In this document: positions 6,815 to 12,598 of the stretch, piece by piece
How positions within the stretch are numbered: the first letter of the stretch is position 1
How the letters are laid out: each line of letters opens with the position of its first letter
Assembly (NCBI GenBank): GCA_964590575.1
Contig: CAZPWM010000092.1
Coordinates: 1-12,598, forward strand
DNA from: an uncultured archaeon
GTDB lineage: Archaea > Asgardarchaeota > Thorarchaeia > Thorarchaeales > Thorarchaeaceae
Direction: 5' to 3'
Length of the DNA stretch: 12,598 nt
The notes under the pieces: model-generated
Told to the model about the DNA's origin: nothing
Database searches by the model: none
Seen by the model: only the letters and a program-made list of their open reading frames with translations
Program-made: the position numbers and the translations under genes

Positions 6815-7780
6815 TTGATTCTTGTGCCACTTCTTCCGATTATGACTCTTTTCCAACCTGACGTCGAGTTGTACTGGTTCCCCAACTTCAAAGAAGACAT
6901 GGAACCACGAATAAAGGAAACTCGATACAGTCTCTCACTTGTACGAAAGAGTCCACTGGTTGTTGCTGGCATTGTCATTATTGTCACTTTTGTTATGCTA
7001 GCGATTTTTGCTCCGATCCTCTCTCCATATGGACCTGAGCAGAGAATCTGGGCGGATTCAAATTTGCCTCCTGGCTCCCCGAGCAATCAAGCAGGCATGC
7101 CTGACCACATATGGGGCACAGACGACTCAGGGGGCGACATATTCAGCAGAATTCTTTACGCTGCACAAGTTGACCTGAGAATCTCAATTACAGTGGTGCT
7201 GGTTGCAGTCATAAGTGGCACCTTTATTGGAGCAGTTGCTGGCTACTTTGGTGGCAAGATTGATGAACTGGTCATGCGTGTGACTGATGTGTTCTTTGCA
7301 TTTCCAGGCCTGGTCTTAGCAATGGCTATTGTTATGGCGTTGGGTGAGAGGAGCATGGATAACATCTCAGTCGCATTGATGGTGACCTGGTGGCCAACGT
7401 ACGCACGTCTTGTACGAGGTCAGGTCCTTACAGAACGAGAGAAGTTGTACGTCGAAGCTGCGAGGTCCGTGGGTGCAAGTGATATTCGAATTCTCACTGT
7501 ACACATCATTCCAAACACCATACAACCACTTATTGTACAGGCCACTTTGGACACTGGCTCAGTTTTGCTCACGGCTGCAGGTCTCGCATTCATTGGTTTT
7601 GGACCCCCGGCAGGAGTCGCAGAATGGGGACTCATGATTTCAATAGGTCAGCTTTACTTCTTGATATCTCCATGGGGTGTGTTCTTCCCTGGATTTGCTA
7701 TTCTATTCACGGCACTCGCCTTCAATCTTGTTGGTGATGGAATCCGTGACATCATGGATCCGAAGCTGAGGAGGAGATAG
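6815..7780 (+). CDS. oppC: Peptide ABC transporter permease (DppC/OppC); true start probably 6395 (interrupted) or ATG 6899
   Basis: FAPILSPYGP, HIWGTDDSGGDIFSRILY, GYFGGKIDELVMRVTDVFFAFP, YARLVRGQVL, YVEAARSVGAS (EAA loop), EWGLMI and FNLVGDGIRDIMDPK. Confidence 0.93.
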   Translation: MILVPLLPIMTLFQPDVELYWFPNFKEDMEPRIKETRYSLSLVRKSPLVVAGIVIIVTFVMLAIFAPILSPYGPEQRIWADSNLPPGSPSNQAGMPDHIWGTDDSGGDIFSRILYAAQVDLRISITVVLVAVISGTFIGAVAGYFGGKIDELVMRVTDVFFAFPGLVLAMAIVMALGERSMDNISVALMVTWWPTYARLVRGQVLTEREKLYVEAARSVGASDIRILTVHIIPNTIQPLIVQATLDTGSVLLTAAGLAFIGFGPPAGVAEWGLMISIGQLYFLISPWGVFFPGFAILFTALAFNLVGDGIRDIMDPKLRRR

Positions 7781-7781
7781 C

Positions 7782-8939
7782 TTGGTGTCAGATACTCAAG
7801 ACATTGTCCTTGAACTAAAGGGCGTAAAGACAAACTTCTACACCTATGATGGTGTTGTGAAAGCGCTTGATGGAGTCGACCTATTCCTTCGTAGAGGTGA
7901 TACAATGGGTCTAGTAGGCGAAACGGGCTGTGGAAAGTCAGTCACAGCTCGGTCGATATTACGTCTTGTTGCACCACCTGGAAGGATCGAGGAAGGTCAG
8001 ATTTTGTTCCATCAGACCGACCCAGAAACAGGGATAATAGAAACTGTTGATATTATGGAGATGAGTGAAAAGGAAGTCCTTGCAACTCGCGGAGCAAGGA
8101 TTGCTATCGTCTTTCAAGACCCAGCCACGTATCCCAACCCTGTCTTTAGAATTGGCGATCAGATAGCCGAAGTTGTCCTGCTTCATCAAGATCTCCGTAC
8201 GGATGCATTAGATGTAAAGATTGAGAAGCTGGAATACGCACTAAAGGAAGATATTAGTCCTGAGAAACGCAGCCAGATTGAAGAGAAAATCTCGCATTAC
8301 AAGTCACTATATGATGATCCACCGGAGCCGGATAAGAAGGATGCAAAAGCTGCAGCTCTAAGACGAGCCATTCATATGCTGACCCTGGTGAAGATGCCTG
8401 CTGCTGCATCTGTTGCCACTCAATATCCGCATGAACTTTCTGGAGGGATGCGACAGAGAGCCCTCATAGCCATGGCTCTTGCCTGCGACCCTGAGATACT
8501 TATTTGTGATGAGGCAACAACAGCTCTTGATGTCACTGTGCAGGCTCAAGTGCTAAATCTGCTCAATCAGCTCAAGAAGGAGATTGGCACGTCCATCATG
8601 ATAATCACACACGACATGGGCGTTGTAGCCGAAACATGCAATTGGGTCAATGTGATGTATGCAGGTACTACTACTGAGTCTTGTGCTACTAAAGAGCTTT
8701 TTAAGAATCCACTTCACCCCTATACTGCAGGACTTCTGGCATCAGTACCCAAGCTTCACGAGAATAAGGATCGCCTTCCCCAGATTAGGGGAAGTGTGCC
8801 TAATCTCATCTTCCCTCCACCAGGGTGCAGATTCCATCCTAGATGTGATTACGCTACAGAGATTTGCAAACAAGAAAAACCACCATTGGAGGAGAAGCGT
8901 CCTGGTCACTGGGTGGCTTGTCACAATCCTTTGAAATAG
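7782..8939 (+). CDS. oppD: Peptide ABC transporter ATP-binding protein (DppD/OppD) with helical insertion
   Basis: [43 protein letters not shown] and a four-Cys tail. GAGGAGGAG (7768-7776) favours GTG 7785 as the start. Confidence 0.95.
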   Translation: MVSDTQDIVLELKGVKTNFYTYDGVVKALDGVDLFLRRGDTMGLVGETGCGKSVTARSILRLVAPPGRIEEGQILFHQTDPETGIIETVDIMEMSEKEVLATRGARIAIVFQDPATYPNPVFRIGDQIAEVVLLHQDLRTDALDVKIEKLEYALKEDISPEKRSQIEEKISHYKSLYDDPPEPDKKDAKAAALRRAIHMLTLVKMPAAASVATQYPHELSGGMRQRALIAMALACDPEILICDEATTALDVTVQAQVLNLLNQLKKEIGTSIMIITHDMGVVAETCNWVNVMYAGTTTESCATKELFKNPLHPYTAGLLASVPKLHENKDRLPQIRGSVPNLIFPPPGCRFHPRCDYATEICKQEKPPLEEKRPGHWVACHNPLK

Positions 8940-8950
8940 GTGATAAACTA

Positions 8951-9973
8951 ATGTCTGAAAGAATAATGGTCAAGGTTCGTGGTCTCAAGAAGTATTTCCC
9001 TCTAACAGGAGGCGTCTTTAGGAAAGTCATTGGACAGGTGCATGCTGTTGATGACGTTGACCTAGACATCCGACAAGGCGAAACCGTGGGTGTCGTGGGT
9101 GAAAGCGGTTGTGGAAAGACTACACTGGGCCGAACTATCCTTCGATTACTTCAACCCACCGCAGGTACTATAGAGTTTGATGGAGAGGACATCACAGACA
9201 TCGGAGGAGCAGATCTACGTCATATTCGGAGGCAGATGCAGATTGTCTTTCAAGATCCAATGGCTTCGCTAAATCCACGCATCACAATAAAAAACTCTGT
9301 GGGCGAGCCACTAGTTGTCAATGGAATAGCAAAAGGACCCAAGATGCGCAACATGGTCCTCGAACTTCTACAGAAAGTTGGTCTAACAGAGGATCACCTC
9401 AACAGATTCCCTCACGAGTTTAGCGGTGGGCAAAGACAAAGAGTCTGCATTGCCCGAGCACTTGCATTGAATCCCAAGTTTGTTGTCATGGATGAACCGA
9501 CTTCCAGTACAGATGTGTCTGTCCAAGCCCAGACCCTAAATCTAATGAAGGATATTCAGGAGGATCTGGACCTCACTTACATGTTCATCTCTCATGACCT
9601 GAGTGTTGTGAAACACATGAGTGACCGCGTAGCTGTGATGTATCTTGGGCAGATAATCGAGTTGACGCCACGAGACATCTTCAGAGAAGCTCTTCATCCA
9701 TACACGTTTGCATTGGTTTCAGCAGTGCCCATTCCAAATCCCCAATTCGCAGGAAAAGCTCAGCTTCTGTCCGGTGAGGTACCAAGTCCTATTAATCCCC
9801 CTACTGGTTGCCGGTTCCATCCAAGGTGTATCTTCGCTCAGGAGATATGCGCTCGCGAAATGCCTAAGCTCAGAGATACTGGCAATGGTCATCTAGTTGC
9901 TTGTCATTTTGCAGGTGATCTTGACTTTGGTATTAGTGCACAAATGGATTATGCAGAAGCGAGTGGCAATTGA
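8951..9973 (+). CDS. oppF: Peptide ABC transporter ATP-binding protein (DppF/OppF)
   Basis: [52 protein letters not shown] and CRFHPRC..C..ACH. Start moved from 8864 to ATG 8951 (MSERIM), which follows AGGTGA and avoids overlapping oppD. Confidence 0.95.
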   Translation: MSERIMVKVRGLKKYFPLTGGVFRKVIGQVHAVDDVDLDIRQGETVGVVGESGCGKTTLGRTILRLLQPTAGTIEFDGEDITDIGGADLRHIRRQMQIVFQDPMASLNPRITIKNSVGEPLVVNGIAKGPKMRNMVLELLQKVGLTEDHLNRFPHEFSGGQRQRVCIARALALNPKFVVMDEPTSSTDVSVQAQTLNLMKDIQEDLDLTYMFISHDLSVVKHMSDRVAVMYLGQIIELTPRDIFREALHPYTFALVSAVPIPNPQFAGKAQLLSGEVPSPINPPTGCRFHPRCIFAQEICAREMPKLRDTGNGHLVACHFAGDLDFGISAQMDYAEASGN

Positions 9974-10025
9974 TTGATTGTATCGCGCAGCTTAATTGAT
10001 TTGGATATTGAAAGGAGAAAAAAAG

Positions 10026-10250
10026 ATGAGTGACTTTCACGAAGAGCAGTCGCGCGAGCGTGAGGAAATGGACGACCCAGAATGGGATGAATATCGAGCC
10101 TATATGGAAGAAACACAAGTGAGAGTCAAATTAGATGGAAAAGACTACATAGCTCTGTTCATAGCATCGCTGGAAACAATCTTTCTACCACTCATAATAA
10201 TGATGATTGTGTTTTTTGCAATATCAGTACTTCTCTTTATACTAGTATAG
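10026..10250 (+). CDS. Small membrane protein, acidic N-terminus and hydrophobic C-terminus
   Basis: AAAGGAG precedes ATG 10026 (MSDFHEEQ). The first half is E/D-rich, then LDGKDYIALFIASLETIFLPLIIMMIVFF. Co-oriented with the opp genes. Confidence 0.75.
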   Translation: MSDFHEEQSREREEMDDPEWDEYRAYMEETQVRVKLDGKDYIALFIASLETIFLPLIIMMIVFFAISVLLFILV

Positions 10251-10263
10251 GAGTGCCAAGGTA

Positions 10264-10602
10264 TTGCAAACAGCTATTCAGAGTATTCTTGAGCCTCTGG
10301 GCATAGCCATTGCGATTGCAATGATTGATGTAATAATTGCCATGATAATCACAATTGTGGATCCTACTGCTTCTCTATTCTTGGCTGTATCTGGTTATCT
10401 CATTTTCGAGTTCGGATTAATGCTCATTCTTGGAACGTGTTTCATGGCTCGGCAGCCACTGGAGGTTGAAAAAAGATTTGACGAGCAGGGCGTGCCGGTA
10501 CGCTCTTGGATTTGGGCAATGCGGGGTAAGAAGGTTCTTTTTGCATCTATCTTTGTTCTGATATTCGCTTTTTGCTTTGGTGGTTTAGGGACGTTATTCT
10601 AA
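10264..10602 (+). CDS. Hypothetical 3-TM membrane protein
   Basis: TTG start after TAGGAG, three hydrophobic segments and a charged loop (RQPLEVEKRFDEQG). Confidence 0.72.
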   Translation: MQTAIQSILEPLGIAIAIAMIDVIIAMIITIVDPTASLFLAVSGYLIFEFGLMLILGTCFMARQPLEVEKRFDEQGVPVRSWIWAMRGKKVLFASIFVLIFAFCFGGLGTLF

Positions 10603-10612
10603 AGAGGTCACG

Positions 10613-11389
10613 TTAGACTTGCGGTGCTCGTTGGTCTGTTTCTTCTTCGCTCCCTCGAACCTCATGCATTGCATATATGATTATACTTGTTAAGACTGGC
10701 CATGCTGCTGCCAAATAGAGCAATGCCAAGGGAACTGAAAATTCTGATAAGAATAATGTAGGATTCCACATCATGTATAGCGTGAATGTGGTTATTATCC
10801 AAGCTGCTAGAACAGGTACAAGTTCTCCCCATGGAGAGACTACAACTAGAATTGATCCAACTATGAATGACAAAATGAGCTCTTTTTTGATTGAATCTAG
10901 TGCTATTGCTGCATAAGCATAGTCTTGCTTAGATAGTTCCTCGATTTTATGACTTTGAAGCATAGATAGAAGATCTTCAGAGGTTTTGGCTTCTCCTGAT
11001 CCAAGGATGGTAAATACTCCAATGAAAAATATGATTAGAAGCATGCCAGCGATCTCTATTGAACGGATAAGGATAATTCCAAAGACCAAAATGCCAAGGC
11101 CGAAGATTAAACTGAACCAGATTGTGGTAGTGAGGGTGTTATAAAACAAAAGGTCCTGGAATCGATGTCCCAACCTGCCATGTTTCTTTCTAACAATATT
11201 ATTCAATGCCCATCCATGGGAAATACAATCTGTGTATAAATTATCTTCAGAGTTATTGATGTCATTATATTGGTATACATCGCCTAGATTTCCTATGAAT
11301 TTGGAGTGTACTCGGAATCTTCTAATTCTCCAAAAGGTGTAAGATAATATAACCAAACCCGTCGCAAAGAATGCAATTGTCAGTTCCAT
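10613..11389 (-). CDS. Hypothetical multi-pass membrane protein
   Basis: Long ORF with about 6 hydrophobic segments. ATG 11389 (MELTIAFF) follows AAGAGGAAG and is preferred to TTG 11440. Confidence 0.75.
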   Translation of the reverse strand: MELTIAFFATGLVILSYTFWRIRRFRVHSKFIGNLGDVYQYNDINNSEDNLYTDCISHGWALNNIVRKKHGRLGHRFQDLLFYNTLTTTIWFSLIFGLGILVFGIILIRSIEIAGMLLIIFFIGVFTILGSGEAKTSEDLLSMLQSHKIEELSKQDYAYAAIALDSIKKELILSFIVGSILVVVSPWGELVPVLAAWIITTFTLYMMWNPTLFLSEFSVPLALLYLAAAWPVLTSIIIYAMHEVRGSEEETDQRAPQV

Positions 11390-11486
11390 GATTTTCTTCC
11401 TCTTGACTATAGGACGAGCCATTCTGACTATCTGTTCCAAAAAAGAGCTTTGATAGGTCTACATTCGTGGAGCAGATTCAAACATA

Positions 11487-12335
11487 CTATTTGAGCAAAT
11501 CAGAAAATGCATTTAACCAAACATGATATAGCAATATCTCGTGCCCCGGAGCATCTAACTCCCATTGTTTTCCAAGAAGCAAAATGATATCGCCATGCAA
11601 AGGTTGTGCTCTCTTGTTGCCTATTCCGAGCTGGACTCGCATTCCTTCGGATGACACTGACAGTCCATGCTCATAGAATACCCTTGGATGCTCAGAGAAG
11701 GTGTAATCGATTGACTTCCTTGGGTCCGGATACAGATTTGTCCTGAGATTTCCAAGTTTCATTCTAATCTCTATATCCTGGGTTTCATATTTGGGAACCT
11801 TTTCCTTTGGGCCTGGCAATGTCGGTGCTAGAATAGGTCTGGACCCAGTTTCTTGTTCTACCAACTGCCCTTCGAGGATACCGCAGAATTCGCCTCCTAC
11901 TCCCTGAAATACAACTGATTGGTGAGATTTAATGTTCAGACTCAAATTACTGTCTAGGTCTCTATTTACACCAAAGGGATTCTTTTGGTTAACAGCAGAT
12001 TTTTTCCAATAGAACCGAGGAATGGTGACCATTGGAAGCATTGTATTCATGGATTCTGGTTTTTTTCCCATCAATTTCCAGAGTGAATCATTGAAAACGT
12101 AAAGTGAGAGGGATATTGGCTGGAAATCCACTGACTTCTGCTCGATGAACTTCTTTAGACTCTCTTCATTAGGACAAAGCTGGTTCGCTACATTAGAGAG
12201 CTGTTCAAGCATGATTGGCGTTTTTCCCATTTTCGCCAAGATATCCAATTGATTTTGGGTTAAAGTGATTGTGACTCCGTAGTTATTGCAGAAGCTCTCA
12301 ATAGCTTCATTGTCAAATTCATACCTTGTTGACAT
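11487..12335 (-). CDS. Hypothetical soluble protein, no family recognised
   Basis: Open frame with globular composition. ATG 12335 (MSTRYEF) is preferred because the upstream in-frame part contains a TATA-like AT palindrome; the alternative start is TTG 12452. Confidence 0.75.
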   Translation of the reverse strand: MSTRYEFDNEAIESFCNNYGVTITLTQNQLDILAKMGKTPIMLEQLSNVANQLCPNEESLKKFIEQKSVDFQPISLSLYVFNDSLWKLMGKKPESMNTMLPMVTIPRFYWKKSAVNQKNPFGVNRDLDSNLSLNIKSHQSVVFQGVGGEFCGILEGQLVEQETGSRPILAPTLPGPKEKVPKYETQDIEIRMKLGNLRTNLYPDPRKSIDYTFSEHPRVFYEHGLSVSSEGMRVQLGIGNKRAQPLHGDIILLLGKQWELDAPGHEILLYHVWLNAFSDLLK

Positions 12336-12377
12336 AGGCAAACGCACTCTAGAATTGTGAATAGCCTTTTCGGTTTC

Positions 12378-12390
12378 TAATATATTATAC
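12378..12390. promoter_or_regulatory. Palindromic TATA-like element between divergent genes
   Basis: TAATATATTA (12378-12387) is a perfect palindrome about 43 nt upstream of ATG 12335. Confidence 0.4.
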
Positions 12391-12495
12391 AACGTCCGAT
12401 GACAACCGATAGGTTGTACATTGATGCATACCGATTGTCCAATGCCTAACAATTATTTAGTGGTTATACCTCCTTCAGTAGAGGAATGATGAATC

Positions 12496-12598
12496 ATGAC
12501 ATCGAAGGTCTACTTCACTGATAGACAGACAAGAACTGACTACAATATGCTAGATAAATTGGAGCACATTTTCAATGAGCTTGGATTAGACAAAGCAA
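12496..12598 (+). CDS. DUF362-domain Fe-S protein (COG2768-like), 3'-truncated; not in the ORF track
   Basis: GAGGA (12481-12485) then ATG 12496: MTSKVYFTDRQTRTDYNMLDKLEHIFNELGLDKA, open to the window edge. It matches my recollection of the SKVYFTD...LLDKL...GL N-terminus of this family. Confidence 0.75.
   Translation, partial: MTSKVYFTDRQTRTDYNMLDKLEHIFNELGLDKA

Noticed and set aside
6673-6861. Programmed frameshift bypass of TAA 6767 through the overlapping 62-aa frame
   Set aside because: It would need two compensating shifts, the alternative frame is not hydrophobic, and the original frame reads naturally on both sides of the stop.
5351-7780. oppB, the 6395 ORF and oppC are all in one frame, suggesting TAG/pyrrolysine readthrough into a polyprotein or a recoded genome
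   Set aside because: TAGs fall exactly at conserved family C-termini (DPRIRFG*, DPKLRRR*, ACHNPLK*), and the next gene has its own SD and start. No TAG interrupts a conserved domain.
8864-8950. N-terminal extension of oppF given by the ORF track
   Set aside because: It overlaps the conserved Cys tail of oppD; ATG 8951 has an SD and gives a typical N-terminus.
8815-9830. Similar nucleotide stretches among the ATPase genes (e.g. TTCCATCC around FHPRC)
   Set aside because: These are explained by paralogous protein motifs, not a DNA repeat or a diversity-generating template.
19-10118. Short alternative-frame and antisense ORFs in the track (19..258, 288..671, 975..1163, 1073..1276, 1818..2084, 2336..2635, 3551..3781, 6673..6861, 6766..7086, 7410..7637, 7420..7635, 7654..7905, 7959..8189, 8358..8549, 8659..8934, 8742..8924, 8854..9069, 9708..9896, 9933..10118)
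   Set aside because: They overlap better-supported genes and show no recognisable motifs, so they are treated as shadow ORFs.
1-12598. CRISPR arrays, tRNA/rRNA genes, IS elements or integrases
   Set aside because: By eye I found no spaced direct repeats, cloverleaf or T-loop motifs, transposase or integrase ORFs, or terminal inverted repeats. No covariance-model search was run.

Overview
Archaeal-looking window. An Asgard/Thorarchaeota-like origin is inferred, not verified, from the membrane-anchored, sequon-rich solute-binding protein, TATA-like boxes and GGAGG/GGTGA SD motifs. Its core is a peptide/nickel (Opp/Dpp, family 5) ABC importer: oppA/dppA on the - strand is divergent from a + strand dppB-dppC-dppD-dppF run followed by two small membrane proteins, and a third, stand-alone, divergent DppD-type ATPase lies at 1046-2131. 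Flanking genes are a 5'-truncated transcarbamylase with non-OTC motifs, a DUF5658-like membrane protein, two unknown genes and the 5' end of a DUF362-type Fe-S gene missed by the ORF track. The most notable items are: (i) DppC appears fused to an extra ~4-TM domain that is split by one in-frame TAA; (ii) the carbamoyltransferase has an atypical substrate signature; (iii) there are three ATPases, two with unusual insertions; (iv) two decayed-ORF-like relics sit in intergenic DNA; (v) TAG stops dominate and several double as SD sites. I saw no rRNA, tRNA, CRISPR array or mobile element, and the sequence alone does not prove a wholly new system.
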